From Mobula hypostoma (Eukaryota): a stretch of DNA of 64,000 bases. The notes under the pieces were generated by a model, which was given only the letters and a program-made list of their open reading frames with translations, did not search any database and had not been told where the DNA came from. A program made the translations under genes and the position numbers. The stretch is from assembly GCF_963921235.1 (NCBI RefSeq), contig NC_086097.1:198030001-198094000 (forward strand), written 5' to 3'. This document shows, piece by piece, positions 1 through 13,795 of this stretch; position 1 is the first letter of the stretch, and every line of letters starts with the position of its first letter.

Positions 1-245
1 TTTTGTTTTTACTTTAGACTTCCAGCATCTGCATTTTTTAAAATTTGGATCTCCAGTAAATATTGAAGTTGGCTCCAGTAGTTGGGCCAGACCATTAGTC
101 AATTAATGAAAACTTGTAATCATGTAGTATTTTTATCAGAGAATCTAATTCCACTCATGGAAAAAAGCTGCAAAAGAATTGTGAGGAGTTAAAGAAAAGG
201 ATGAAAAAAATTTCCAGGCACAAATAGAAGCTAGAGAGAGTAACA

Positions 246-2261
246 AGAGAAATTAGAGATAGTATCAATTCCAAAGAAGAAGCATACAAATTAGCCAGAA
301 AAAGTGGCTCACCTGAGGACTGGGAGAAATTCAGAGTTCAGCAGAGGAGGACAAAGGGCTTAATTAGGAAGGGGAAAAAAGATTATGAGAGAAAACTGGC
401 AGGGAACATAAAAACTGACTGTAAAAGCTTTTATAGATATGTAAAAAGGAAAAGACTGGTAAAGACAAATGTAGGTCCCCTACAGACAGAAACAGGTGAA
501 TTGATTATGGGGAGCAAGGACATGGCAGACCAATTGAATAATTACTTTGGTTCTGTCTTCACTAAAGAGGACTTAAATAATCTTCCAGAAATAGTAGGGG
601 ACAGAGGGTCCAGTGAGATGGAGGAACTGAGCGAAATACATGTTCGTAGGGAAGTGGTGTTAGGTAAATTGAAGGGATTAAAGGCAGATAAATCCCCAGG
701 GCCAGATGGTCTGCATCCCAGAGTACTTAAGGAAGTAGCCCAAGAAATAGTGGATGCATTAGTGATACTTTTTCAAAACTCGTTGGATTCTGGACTAGTT
801 CCTGAGGATTGGAGGGTGGCTAATGTAACCCCCCTTTTTAAAAAAGGAGGGAGAGAGAAACCGGGGAATTATAGACCGGTTAGCCTAACGTTGGTGGTGG
901 GGAAACTGCTGGAGTCAGTTATCAAAGATGTGATAACAGCACATTTGGAAAGCAGTGAAATCATCGGACAAAGTCAGCATGGATTTGTGAAAGGAAAATC
1001 ATGTCTGACGAATCTCATAGAATTTTTTGAGGATGTATCTAGTAGAGTGGATAGGGGAGAACCAGTGGATGTGGTATATTTGGATTTTCAAAAGGCTTTT
1101 GACAAGGTCCCACACAGGAGATTAGTGTGCAAACTTAAAGCACACGGTATTGGGGGTAAGGTATTGATGTGGATGGAGAATTGGTTAGCAGACAGGAAGC
1201 AAAGAGTGGGAATAAACGGGATCTTTTCAGAATGGCAGGCAGTGACTAGTGGGGTACCACAAGGCTCAGTGCTGGGACCCAAGTTGTTTACAATATATAT
1301 TAATGACTTGGATGAGGGAATTAAATGCAGCATCTCCAAGGTTGCGGATGACACGAAGCTGGGCGGCAGTGTTAGCTGTGAGGAGGATGCTAAGAGGATG
1401 CAGGGTGACTTGGATAGGTTGGGTGAGTGGGTAAATTCATGGCAGATGCAATTTAATGTGGATAAATGTGAAGTTATCCACTTTGGTGGCAAAAATAGGA
1501 AAACAGATTATTATCTGAATGGTGGCTGATTAGGAAAAGGGGAGGTGAAACGAGACCTGGGTGTCATTATACACCAGTCATTGAAAGTGGGCATGCAGGT
1601 ACAGCAGGCGGTGAAAAAGGCGAATGGTATGCTGACATTTATAGCGAGAGGATTCGAGTACAGGAGCAGGGAGGTACTACTGCAGTTGTACAAGGCCTTG
1701 GTGAGACCACACCTGGAGTATTGTGTGCAGTTTTGGTCCCCTAATCTGAGGAAAGATATCCTTCCATAGAGGGAGTACAAAGAAGGTTCACCAGATTGAT
1801 TCCTGGGATGGCAGGACTTTCATATGAAGAAAGACTGGATGAACTGGGCTTGTACTCATTGGAATTTAGAAGATTGAGGGGGGATCTGATTGAAACGTAT
1901 AAAATCCTAAAGGAATTGGACAGGCTAGATGCAGGAAGATTGTTCCCGATGTTGGGGAAGTCCAGAACGAGGGGTCACAGTTTGAGGGAAGCCTTTTAGT
2001 ACTGAGATTAGGAAAAACTTCTTCACACAGAGAGTGGTGAATCTGTGGAATTCTCTGCCACAGGAAACAGTTGAGGCCAGTTCATTGGCTATATTTAAGA
2101 GGGAGTTAGATATGGCCCTTGTGGCTACGGGGATCAGGGGGTATGGAGGGAAGACTGGTGCAGGGTTCTGAGTTGGATGATCAGCCATGATCATAATAAA
2201 TGGCGGTGCAGGCTCGAAGGGCCGAATGGCCTACTCCTGCACCTATTTTCTATGTTTCTAT
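246..2261 (+). mobile_element. CR1-clade LINE, 5'-truncated, relatively young (ORF2 RT region plus 3' end)
   Basis: ORF 501-1529 has KSPGPDG, NYRPVSL, YLDFQKAFDKVPH, GVPQGSVLGP and ADDTK; the C-terminus (RPHLEYCVQFWSP) is broken by a stop and frameshifts. (TTTCTATG)n tail near 2247-2262; possible TSD GTAACA at 240-245 and 2262-2267. Confidence 0.95.
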
Positions 2262-2267
2262 GTAACA

Positions 2268-4365
2268 TTAAGATCATAAGACCATAAGATATAAGAGCAG
2301 AATTAGGCCATTTGGCCTGTCGAGTTTGCTCCACCATTCAATCATGGCTGATCCCTTTATCCCCTCCTCAGCCCCATTCCCCGGCTCTCTCACTGTAACC
2401 TTTGATACCATGTCCAATCAAAGACATATCAAGCTGTGCCTTAAATATATCCACTGATCTGGCCTCCACAGCTGCCTGTGGTAATAAATTCCACAAATTC
2501 ACCACCCTCTGGTTAAAGATATTTTTCCACAGGTCTGTTTTAAATGGATGGCCCTCTTTCCAGAGGCTGTACCCTTTTGTCCTAGTTTCCCCCACTAGGG
2601 AAAACATCCTTTCACGTCTACTCTGTCTAGGCCTTTCAACATTCGAAAGGTTTCAATGAGATCCCCCCTCATCCTTCTGGATTCACAAACTTCACAATAC
2701 TCAAGCTGAGGCCTCACCAGTGCGTTATAAAGCCTCAGCATCACATCCCTGCTCTTGTATTCTAGATTTTTTGAAAAGAATGCTAACATTTCATTTGCCT
2801 TCCTCATCACCAACTCTACCTGCAACTTAATCTGTAGAGTGTTCTGCACAAGGACTCCCAAGTCCCCTTGCATCTTAGATTTTTGGATTTTCTACCCATT
2901 TAGAAAATAGTCTGCTCATTTATTTCTACACCAAAGTGCATGACCATGCATTTTCCAACATTGTATTTCATTTGCCACTCTCTTGCCCATCCTCCTAATC
3001 TGCATAAGACCTTCTGCATCCTACCTGTTTCCTCAACACTACCTGCCCCTCTACCAACCTTCATATCATCCGCACACTTGGCAATGAAGCCACTTATTCC
3101 ATCATCTAAATCATTGATATACAACATAAAGAGAAATGGTCCGAACACCAGTCCCTGCGGAACACCACTAGTCACTGGCAGCCAACCAGACAAGAATTCA
3201 TTTAATCCCACTCACTGCCTCCTACCAATCAGCCAATACTCTCACCATGCCAGTAATTTTCCTGTAATACTATTGGCTCTTAATTTAGTAAGCAGCCTCA
3301 TGTGTGGCACCTTGTCAAAGGCCTTCTGAAAATCCAGATGTACAACATCCTTTATGTATCCTACATGTAATCTCTGCAAAAAATTCCAATAGGTTCATCA
3401 GGCAAGATTTTCCCTGAAGGAAACCATTTTGACTTTGTCCTATCTTGTCTTGTTTCTCCAAGTACACCATAACTTCATCCTTAACAATTGACTCCAACAT
3501 CTTCCCAACCACTGAGGTCAGGTTAACTGGTCTATTATTGTCTTTCTTAAAGAGTGGAGTGACATTTGCAATTTTCCAGTCCTCTGGCACCATGCCAGAG
3601 TCCAATGATTTTTGAAAGATCATTTCTATTACCACCCTAATCTCTAACACGACCACTTTCAGAACCCTAGAGTGCAGTTCATCTGGTCCAAAGTGAAGAC
3701 TGATGCAAAATACTCACTTAGTTCATTGCCATCTTCTTGGCCCCTGCTATTATTTCTTGGGCCTCATTTTCTAGTGGTCCTATATCCACTCTCACCTCTC
3801 TTTTATTTTTTACCTACAAAGAAGCTTTTACTATCCACCTTGATATTGTTTGCTAGCTTGCTTTCATATTTCATCTCTTCCCTCCTAATGATTCTTCTAG
3901 TTGCTCTCTGTTGTTGTATGCCTTCCCTTTTGCTTTTATTTTGGCTTTGACTTCCCTTGTCTGCCACGGTTGTACTATTTTGCTATTTGTGTACTTCTTT
4001 GTTTTTGGAATACATCTATCCTGCACCTTCCTCATTTTTCCCAGAAACTCACTCCATTGCTGATCTGCTGACATCCCTGCCAGCATCTCCTTCCAATTCA
4101 CTTTGGCCAACTCCTTTCTCATGCCACAGTGATTTCCTTTATTCCACCGAAATACTGCTACATCAGACTTCACTTTCTCCCAATCAAATTTCAATTTGGA
4201 CTCTATCATATTGCCTCTTAAGGTTACCTAATCACCTCTGGTTCATTACGTAACACCCAATGCAGTATAGTTGGCTCAACGACAAACTGCTTTAAAAAGC
4301 CATCTCATTGGCATTCAACAAATTCATTCACTTGAGATCCCTTTCCAACCTGATTTTCCCAATCT
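2268..4365 (-). mobile_element. CR1 LINE, decayed, tail-to-tail with the previous copy
   Basis: Minus-strand ORF pieces with GVPQG, ADD, RPQLEYC and RMRGDLIETF; (TCTTATGG)n tail at ~2268-2295. Confidence 0.92.
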
Positions 4366-4900
4366 TATGGAACTATACACAGAAGGCATATTGAAAGCTG
4401 AAGAATAGTTGAGCTGAACAAGGTGAAATGGCATTTCACAGTTATTAATACCAATCATGCTCATTCATAGAACAAAAAGGTCACTCTCCAGAATGAGATT
4501 CATGTATCAAATTCTTGAAGCATCTGCAGGAGAAAACCTGATGGATGAATTGTCCATCCAAAATTTCCAGAGAGGATCTCTGCTCACATCTGTGACTAAT
4601 CTTGTTCTGTAAATCTGCAAATCTACTGTTTCCTAAATTAAGATCCCTTAAAGTCTTTCTTCCACACAAACATGGCCATTTTCAATGTCTTAGGTGCATG
4701 TGATGCCACTTAGTACAAGTGAATAGACTTCACATACTGGCAGTCAACTACATTCATTCCCATCAAACAACAAATGTAAATTCCTAATTGTCCCCCTTCC
4801 TTTTCTTGGATAGATGTAGTTTGTACTTTGTATATAAAAATTAAAATATTTATTTATAGATCAACTTTCATAACTTTTTCCTGCATTAAACACAGGAACA

Positions 4901-5213
4901 TGTGTTGGTGCATGGCCAAGTAGTTAAGGCGTCGGTCTAGTGATCTGAAGGTCGCTAGTTCGAGCCTGAGCTGAGGCAGCGTGTTGTGTCCTTGAGCAAG
5001 GCAGTTAACCACACATTGCTCTGCGACAACACCGGTGCCAAGATGTATCGGCCCTAGTGCCCTTCCCTTGGACAATATGGGTGGCGTGGAGAGGGGAGAC
5101 TTGCAGCATGGGCAACTGCCAGTCTTCCATACAACCTTGCCCAGGCCTATGCCCTGGAAATCTTCCAAGGCGCAAATCCATGGTCTCATGAGACTAATGG
5201 ATGCCCTAAAAAA
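4901..5213 (+). mobile_element. tRNA-derived CORE-type SINE with A-rich tail
   Basis: A-box TGGCCAAGTAG (4912), B-box GTTCGAGCC (4958), CORE-like GTGTCCTTGAGCAAGGCAGTTAACC (4986-5010), poly-A. Degenerate TSD AAACACAGGAACA (4888-4900) / AAATACAGAAACA (5214-5226). Confidence 0.85.
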
Positions 5214-5369
5214 AAATACAGAAACAAGTTTGCTTGATCACTAAAGGATATGGTAAATGTGCAGTTGTTTATATTGGTGTACTATATCCTAGCCAATAAA
5301 CACTCACCACTCATTTCTGAAGAAGCATTTTAATTAATGATAATGTGGCAAATATGAGGAAAGCTCATT

Positions 5370-7325
5370 GGTTGCTGATATGCTGGGAGTCCATTATTAA
5401 GGATGAGGTTTTGGGGTATTTGGGGGCACGTCATAAAAATAGGATAAAGTCAGCATCGTTCCTACGAGGGGAAATCTTGCCTGACCAATTTTTGGAATTC
5501 TTTGCTGAAATAACAAGTAGGATTGACGTAGGAGAGATGGTGGATGATGTTTACCTGGATTTCTCAAAGACCTTTGACAAGGTGCTGTACATAAGGCTGC
5601 TTAAGAAGACAAGAGCCCACTTTATTACTGGAAAGATACTGGCATGGATAGAAGATTGGCTGACTGGCAAGAAGCAAAGTGTGGGAATCAATGAGGCTTT
5701 TTCTGGATGGATGCCAGTGACTAAAGGTGTTCTGCAGAGATTGGACTGCTATTGGGACTGCTTTTCATGTTAAAAGTCACTGAGTTGGGTAATAGAATTG
5801 ATAGCTTTGTAGCCATGTTTGCAGACAATACAAAGACAGGTAGAGGGGCAGGTAGTGTTGAAAAAGCAGGAAAGTTGCAGAAGGATTTAGACAGATTAGG
5901 AAAATGGGCAAAGAAGTGGCAGATGGAATATAGTGTTGGGAGTGTAAGGTCATGCACTTTAGTAGAAGGAATGAAAGTGCAGACTATTTTTGAAACAGGA
6001 AGACAATTCAAAATCCGAGGTACAAAGGGACTTGAGAGTCCTTGTGCAGGCTTCCGTCAAGTTTAATTTGCAGGTTAAGTCGGTGGTAAGGAATGTAAGT
6101 GCAGTGTTAGCATTTGTTTTGAGAGGACTGGAATATAAAAACAAGGATATAATGGTGAAGCTTTACAAGGCACTGGTTGTAATGCAATTGGAGTATTATG
6201 AGCATTTTTGGTCTCCTTATCTAAAAAAAGATGTGCTGGCATTGGAATGGGTCCAGAGAATTTTTCCGTGAAAGAGAAGTTTGACATCTGAGAAGTGTTT
6301 GATGGTTATGGGCCCGCACTTGCTGGAGTTTAGAAGAATGAGAGGGCATCTCTTTGAAACCTATTGAAAGGCCTAGATATACTTCATTAGGAGTTTGAAG
6401 AGATTTGGTATGTCAACAAATACACTCAAAAACTTCTATAGATGTACAGTAGAGAGCATTCTGACAGGCTGCATCACTGTCTGGTATGGGGGGTGGGGGG
6501 GGGGCTACTGCACAGGACCAAAAGAAGCTGCAGAGGGTTGTAAATTTAGTTCGCTCCATCTTGGGTACTAGCCTACAAAGTCCCCAGGACGTGTTCAGGG
6601 AGCGGTGTCTCAGAAAGACAGCGTCCATTATTAAGGACCTCCAGCACCCAGGGCATGCCCTTTTCTCACTGTTACCATCAGGCAGGAGGTACAGAAGCCT
6701 GAAGGCACACACTCAGTGATTCGGGAACAGCTTCTTCCCCTCTGCCATCCGATTCCTAAATGGACATACATTGAACACCACCTCACTTTCTTAATATATA
6801 TTATTTCAGTTTTTTACATGATTTTAATCTACTCAATATACGTATACTCTAATTGATTTACTCATTTATTTATTATTATTTTTTCTTCTTCTTCTTCTTC
6901 TATATTACGTATTGCATTGAAGTGCTGCTGCTAAGTTATCAAATTTCACGATACATGCCGTTGATGATAAACCTGATTCTGAGTGGGTCTGGTGAGGATG
7001 TTTCCTTTATCTGGGGAATCCTAGACCGAAGGGCACAGCCTCAGAACAGAGGCGTGTGGATTTAGAACAGAGATGAGGAGGAATTTCTTTGCCCAGATCA
7101 TAGTGAATCTGTGGAATTCATTGCCACAGACAGTTGTGGAGTCCATGTCATTGGGTATATTTAACATGGAGGTTGACAGTTTGTTGAATATTTGGGCCAT
7201 CAAATGTTCTGGGGGGAGGCAGGAGAATAGGATTGAGAGAGATAATGAATCAGCCATGATGGAATGATGAAGCAGACTCAATGGGCTGAATGGCCTAATT
7301 CTGCTCCTGCCTTATGGTCTTCTGG
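5370..7325 (+). mobile_element. CR1 LINE, decayed, split by a Rex/Babar insertion
   Basis: YLDFSKTFDKV, FADNTK, LEYYEHFWSP and NLWNSLP fragments; CTTATGGT tail near 7311. Confidence 0.9.
6380..6982 (+). mobile_element. Rex/Babar-type LINE 3' fragment nested in CR1
   Basis: QKKLQRVV...IIKDLQHPGHALFSLLPSGRRYRSL, ending AAACCTGATTCTGA. The host CR1 reads through (ggcctagata...gagtgg). Confidence 0.85.
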
Positions 7326-7544
7326 TTTTACATCAATGGTACTGTACATCACTGAATTCCCAATACTTCATAATGGGGGATAAAGGTAGAATTGGATAAG
7401 ACATAAAATATTTACCTGGAATGCAAGAGTGGTGGGAGGAAGGATCCAGATTTGTTTTCATTTGATGTGAGAAAAGAAAATAATCACTTGAATTTAGTTT
7501 TTCACCATTTTTATTTAACTCTCCATCGTCAATACATATTATTT

Positions 7545-9664
7545 AAGAACATAGAACATAGAATAGTACAGTACAGGCCCTTCGGCCCACAATGTTGTGC
7601 TGACCCTCAAACCCTGCCTCCCATATAAGATCCCACCTTAAATTCCTCCATATACCTGTCTAGTAGTCTCTTAAACTTCACTAGTGTATCTGCCTCCACC
7701 ACTGATTCAGGCAGTGCATTCCACGCACCAAACACTCTCTGAGTGAAAAACCTTCCTCTAATATCCCCCTTGAACTTCCCACCCCTTACCTTAAAGCCAT
7801 GTCCTCTTGTATTGAGCAGTGGTGCCCTGGGGAAGAGGCGCTGGCTATCCACTCTATCTATTCCTCTTATTATCTTGTACACCTCTATCATGTCTCATCT
7901 CATCCTCCTTCTCTCCAAAGAGTAAAGCCCTAGCTCCCTTAATCTCTGATCATAATGCATACGCTCTAAACCAGGCAGCATCCTGGTAAATCTCCTCTGT
8001 ACCCTTTCCAATGCTTCCACATCCTTCCTATAGTGAGGCGACCAGAACTGGACACAGTACGCCAAGTGTGGCCTAACCAGAGTTTTATAGAGCTGCATCA
8101 TTACATTGCGACTCTTAAACTCTATCCCTCGACTTATGAAAACTAACACTGCATAAGCTTTCTTAACTACCCTATCTACCTGTGAGGCAACTTTCAGGGA
8201 TCTGTGGACATGTACCCCGAGATCCCTCTGCTCCTCCACACTACCAAGTATCCTGCCATTTACTTTGTACTCTGCCTTGGAGTTTGTCCTTCCAAAGTGT
8301 ACCACCTCACACTTCTCCGGGTTGAACTCCATCTGCCACTTCTCAGCCCACTTCTGCATCCTATCAATGTCTCTCTGCAATTTTTGACAATCCTCTACAC
8401 TATCTACAACACCACCAACCTTTGTGTCATCTGCAAACTTGCCAACCCACCCTTCTACCCCGACATCCAGGTCGTTAATAAAAATCACGAAAAGTAGAGG
8501 TCCCAGAACAGATCCTTGTGGGACACCACTAGTCACAATCCTCCAATCTGAATGTACTCCCTCCACCACGACCCTCTGCCTTCTGCAGGCAAGCTAATTC
8601 TGAATCCACCTGGCCAAATTTCCCTGGGTCCCATGCCTTCTGACTTCCTGAATAAGCCTACAGTGTGGAACCTTGTCAAATGCCTTACTAAAATCCATAT
8701 AGATCACATCCACTGCACTACCCTCATCTATATGCCTGGTCACCTCCTCAAAGAACTCTATCAGTCTTGTTAGACACGATCTGCCTTTCACAAAGCCATG
8801 CTGACTGTCCCTGATCAGACCATGATTCTCTAAATGCCCAGAGATCCTATCTCTAAGAATCTTTTCCAATAGCTTTCCCATGACAGATGTAAGGCTCACT
8901 GGTCTATAATTACCCGGACTATCCCTACTACCTTTTTTGAACAAGGGGACAACATTCGCCTCCGTCCAATCCTCTGGTACCATTCCCGTGGACAACGAGG
9001 ACATAAAGATCCTAGCCAGAGGCTCAGCAATCTCTTCCCTCGCCTCTTGGTGCAGCCTGGGGAATATTCCGTCAGGCTCCTGGGACTTATCCGTCCTAAT
9101 GTATTTTAACAACTCCCTTAATATCAACATGCTCCAGAACATCAACCTCACTCATATTGTCCTCATCATCATCAAGTTCCCTCTCATTGGTGAATACCGA
9201 AGAGAAGTATTCATTGAGGACCCCGCTCACTTCCACAGCCTCCAGGCACATCTTCCCACATTTATCTCTAATCGGTCCTACCTTCACTCCTGTCATCCTT
9301 TTTTTCGTCACATAATTGAAGAATGCCTTGGGGTTTTCCTTTATCCTACTCACCAAGGCCTTCTCATGCCCCCTTCTTGCTCTTCTCAGCCCCTTCTTAA
9401 GCTCCTTTCTTGCTTCCCTATATTCTTCAATAGACCCATCTGATCCCTGCTTCCTAAACCTCATGTATGCTGCCTTCTTCCACCTGACTAGATTTTCCAC
9501 CTCACTTGTCACCCATGGTTCCTTCACCCTACCATTCTTTATCTTCCTCACCCGTACAAATTTATCCCTAACATCCTGCAAGAGATCTCTAAACATCGAC
9601 CATAGTCCATAGTACATTTCCCTGCAAAAACATCATCCCAAATCACACCCGCAAGTTCTAGCCT
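7545..9664 (-). mobile_element. CR1 LINE, 5'-truncated, young subfamily
   Basis: ORFs 7607-9617 (-) with FADDTK, GVPQGSVLGP and YMDFSKAFDKVPH; (TGTTCTA)n tail at ~7546-7565. Confidence 0.95.
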
Positions 9665-10487
9665 TAAGGAAGATCAGGACTTGACTGTACGAGGAATATA
9701 ATCTTAATTGCTCATAGGCATATAAATAATTTATTCCAAAGTTTATTGTTTGCAATTCAACTCTTGCATGCTCAATTATGTTTTAGTGTATCCTCGTTGG
9801 TTTCCTGCACCATTGAGAAAATGGTTATGAAGTATTACTCAGAACTACCAAGACTAACTATAGAATAAAGATATGAATAATAGAAAAGATTCATGAATTG
9901 CAATAGGTAGATTTTAGCACTTGATCACATCTCCTGGTACCTTGTCTTATATTGAGTACACTCCTCAAAATAACAGTCGGTTTTAATACAATCCATCTGG
10001 TTGTGGTAAAAAAGATGAGCATTAATAATAGCTTTGAGAAGGAATTCTGCAGGATTGTAGTTGAACTTTAATAAGTTGGGTCTCCAGAAAGCAAATGCCA
10101 GCTCATGAATCCGGCTTTATATTCACCCCACACTTCAAATCACACTAGATAGGAAATTTGATCCAAGAAGGTCAAAATAAATAAATATTGCAAACGCTCC
10201 TTTCGTACTAAGCATCAAAATATACAATTGGGATGAGGGATGAGGAGGAGAGTACAAATGGATTGGAGTATGTATTTTCAATTCAGTTACTAGAAGATAT
10301 TTTAAATGTTTTAATCTCCTCTTCCATTTGTTTTTAAATCTTAAAAAACTTTGCTGACAGACTTCAATTTCAATCAAGTGCATCAATAAGTGATCTGAAT
10401 CCCAATCCCATGGATTAGAGATGCACTGGAAATTGTATACTCTGAGGGTCAAACTTGGCCTGTTTTGGGTCTCAGTATATTTATACA

Positions 10488-10720
10488 TTTAGAGACAGCA
10501 TAGTAACAGATCCTTCTGGCTCAACGAGTCCACACTGCCAATTACACTCATGTGACCAATTAACCTACTAACCTGTATGCCTTTGGATTGTGGAAGGAAA
10601 CTCATGTGAACATGGGGAGAATACACAAACTCCTTACAGAATATACAGCAGTACAGTGGAGAAGAAGCTGTGTTGCTGGCACTGTTATAACGTGGCATTA
10701 ACTGCTATACTACCGTGTCC
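10488..10720 (-). mobile_element. V-SINE-like (HE1-like) tRNA SINE, decayed
   Basis: The minus strand reads tRNA-like head, then GGAGTTTGTGTATTCTCCCCATG (V-domain-like), then a CR1-type 3' tail. Confidence 0.75.
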
Positions 10721-10789
10721 CTCAAGTGCACTTCTCTTAAGATTTAGCCTCTAAAAAGGGATGAAAAATCTTGAAATGTATGAATGACT

Positions 10790-11060
10790 TCAACAATGGA
10801 GATTAGGTAGACATAACTAAGTTAGTAGGACAAATAGGTGGGTGGAAAGTACAATTTAACCCAGAGAAGTAATTCTTTTCAGGAGCAATGACCTGCAATA
10901 CGAGTACAAACATATTGCAAAGATGCTGAATTATTCACAGAAACAGAACTACTGGAGGAACAAATATATTATTGCTGAATATCTGAGTTAAGGCAGATAA
11001 GGCATAATTTATCCAACAGCATCTAGATTTTAATAATTGGGACATAGAAAATAGGGGACA
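10790..11060 (+). mobile_element. Ancient CR1 RT fragment
   Basis: Degenerate similarity to the FADDTK/WQMxFNxEKC region (gtggaaagtacaatttaacccagagaag). Confidence 0.45.
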
Positions 11061-11375
11061 GTTGTTTTTTTTTACCACGCAGTGGCTGTTCTATATTTAC
11101 TGCACTCTAAAGCTGTCTGTTCCCAAAATGGAAAGGTTATTAAAGTTGTTGCAAGCATGCAATTCAACTTCACATGGTGATACCCGGCCAACTAAATAAC
11201 AGAAAAGGCAGGTTTGGCTGAAGAGGAAGGTGGAGCTGTATGTAGTCAGTCCCACAGATGAAGTCCTTCACATATCTAGACCTAGGCCATACCAAAAGCG
11301 GCATGATGAACACCACAATGTATTGTTCCAGGTGACTAGGAAATGGCTGAGCATCTGAGTAAGGTGGGGGTGTGG

Positions 11376-11640
11376 AATCAGAATCAGAATCAGGTTTATT
11401 ATCACTGGCATGTGACGTGAAATTTGTTAACTTAGCAGCAGCGGTTCAATGGAATACATAATCTAGCAGAGAGAAAAAAGTACTTTAGTAATAAATAAAA
11501 TTAAAAAAATAATAATAAATAAACAAGTAAATCAATTACATATATAGAATAGATTTAAAAAACATTCAAAAACAGAAATACTGTATATTAAAAAAAAGTG
11601 AGGTAGTGTCCAAAGATTCAATGTCCATTTAGGAATCGAA
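11376..11640 (-). mobile_element. Rex/Babar-type LINE 3'UTR/tail
   Basis: (TTCTGA)n tail and the same 3'UTR as 6720-6982, in reverse orientation. Confidence 0.8.
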
Positions 11641-11769
11641 AGGCATACGAATGCCAATCATATCTCATTTTGTATTTTCCTGACTGTCTGATACCTATCA
11701 CAAGTACCAAGTGAATAATTGCCGGAAATGATCAACAAATGGGGAAAGAAACTTTGTGGTTATTTTGGG

Positions 11770-12575
11770 TCATGAGAACTGGAACATGAGAATAAAAACA
11801 TGCTTTAAGTTGTGGGAAGGAGAGGGATGGAAAGCATGGGGGAATGTTTATGATAGGATGCAGAGCGAAGTTGTCAAGGTAACCAACTTCTATAAATACC
11901 CTCAGCTAGTGACAGGAAAGTAACAAAAGACTAAATTAAAACTGAAATACTGAGGAATAAGAAGGCTGTGAAATTGTTGGATTCAGTACAGATAGAAGAA
12001 AAATACTATTCTGCAAGCCTCCATTAGGCATCAAAGCAATCCAGGAGGTTGAAATTAGAGAAGTTAAAGTGGGAGGAGGGTGAAGAATTAAATGGAGGTA
12101 CATTCAGGACTAGATGTAGGTACTTGCATAGCAATTGCCTGATTTGAGTGGCGCTTTATAGACCATCTCCACTTAGTCTATGGGGCTGACCTTGGACCTC
12201 TAGTTGCCTGCCACTTTAATTATCTGCCACTTTCCAACTCTTACCTCTCAGCCTTGGCTTCCTACACTGCTCCAAAGTGTCTAACATAAGCTCAGGGAAC
12301 AGCTCTTCATCTTCAACCTGGGCATGTGGCAGCTTTTTGGATTTAATACAGAATTTAAAATTTAAGGTAACTAGCAGTTTTTTTTTGTCTCGCTGTACCT
12401 TTCTGTTTCAATTTGTTTTTTTCCCATCTCCATCTGTTGTTTTTTTTAAGCAATTGTTACCTTGGCAACGTAAGTCTCCACTTTATCGCATAGATTCCTT
12501 TGTTCTCTCCAGCCCTCCACCTCTCTGTAATTTAAAATGAATTTGTATTCTCTTCCAGTTCTAATGAAGGATCCA
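11770..12575 (+). mobile_element. Old Penelope-like element: decayed GIY-YIG end and terminus (12130-12575), with an inverted terminal copy (11770-11885)
   Basis: 12140-12370 translates degenerately to ...FIDHL...VACHFN...EQLFIFNLG...FNTEF. A decayed hammerhead start CAGTTCTAATGAAGG is near 12556. The reverse complement of 11770-11885 aligns to 12455-12570. Confidence 0.65.
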
Positions 12576-13434
12576 TCAAAAGGGGATTAGTAGGTTGAGG
12601 TCATGGCAATGATTTTAATATAAGGAACAAATAGAGGCCGCAATAAAGACATTTGAAAAGATGTGATAAAATAAGCTTAAATTTATCTGAGTTCTGGATC
12701 GATCTGAGTTTTCTCCTGCTAGGGGTATGGCTTTATAGATGATGACTTCATCTGATTTCATAGCCATATTAGAGCATTATGTAAGAGTGGTAGGAGGCTA
12801 ACCTTCAATAAAGATAGAGCTTTCCATCTTAACGAAATTATGTCTTCATTGTTGGCCCCTTTAATCAGAACTGGTAAAGAATAAAATTTTAGCCCTGACT
12901 ACTGCTGATTGATCAAGAGGGGACTTTCTTCTTACCTATCCAATAGGTTATGGGCATTTATAGAATCACATTAAACTTCCAAGCTGAGATGAGCAAACCT
13001 GTCATAGGCTCCATGTCACAGCTGGTGACTTTCTAAACAGAAAGCAGAATGCTGGAAGTGCCTAATGGGTCTAGCAGCGTCTGTGGAAGCAAAAGTTTAC
13101 AGTATATTGTAGGAAGAGGTAGGATAGAGGCTTGTTGGTGGAACCAGAGAGGGACGGAATGATAGGCAGATGGAAGGAGGTGGAGGGAGGTGGTGGGGCA
13201 GCTGAACAAAGGGAGAAGAAAATGAAGTAGACACGTGAATGTATGTGGGAGAACACTGCAGGCGTATGATATCTGAAAATAGAATACTCAATGTTTAGAA
13301 CCACTGGGTTGTAAAGTACCTAAACAGAAAATGAGTGTTATTCTTCTGGTTTATATTGGCCACTCCATAGCAATGGTGAAGGTAGAGGACAGATATTACT
13401 TGTGGGAGTAGAAAGGAGATGGACACTTGAGATG

Positions 13435-13655
13435 GCTAGGAGGTACAGGAGCATGAAGACCCACACTCAACCTTTTAAGACAGGTTCTTTCCTTTTGCCA
13501 TCAGATTTTGGAATAGTCCATGAACGCATTAACAATACGTTTGTTTTTCCTCTTTTGCACTTTTTTTGTAATTTATTGTAATCTTTTTCAAGCCTTTGCA
13601 CTGTATTGCTGCTCAATACAACACATTTCATGACATAAACCTGATTGTGATTCTG
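13435..13655 (+). mobile_element. Rex/Babar LINE 3' fragment
   Basis: AGGAGGTACAGGAGC (RRYRS) through AAACCTGATTGTGATTCTGA. Confidence 0.75.
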
Positions 13656-13795
13656 AAAGAGTCACTCGGTCCACGTATGTTTTAATCAATACAGAGCACA
13701 GTGCATCGCGAGCACCAGATAGAGTAGATCAGGTTGGTAGGGGTGAGGTTGAACCCCTGTCTCACAGAGAAGGGCTGTTTAGGTACTTCGACATT

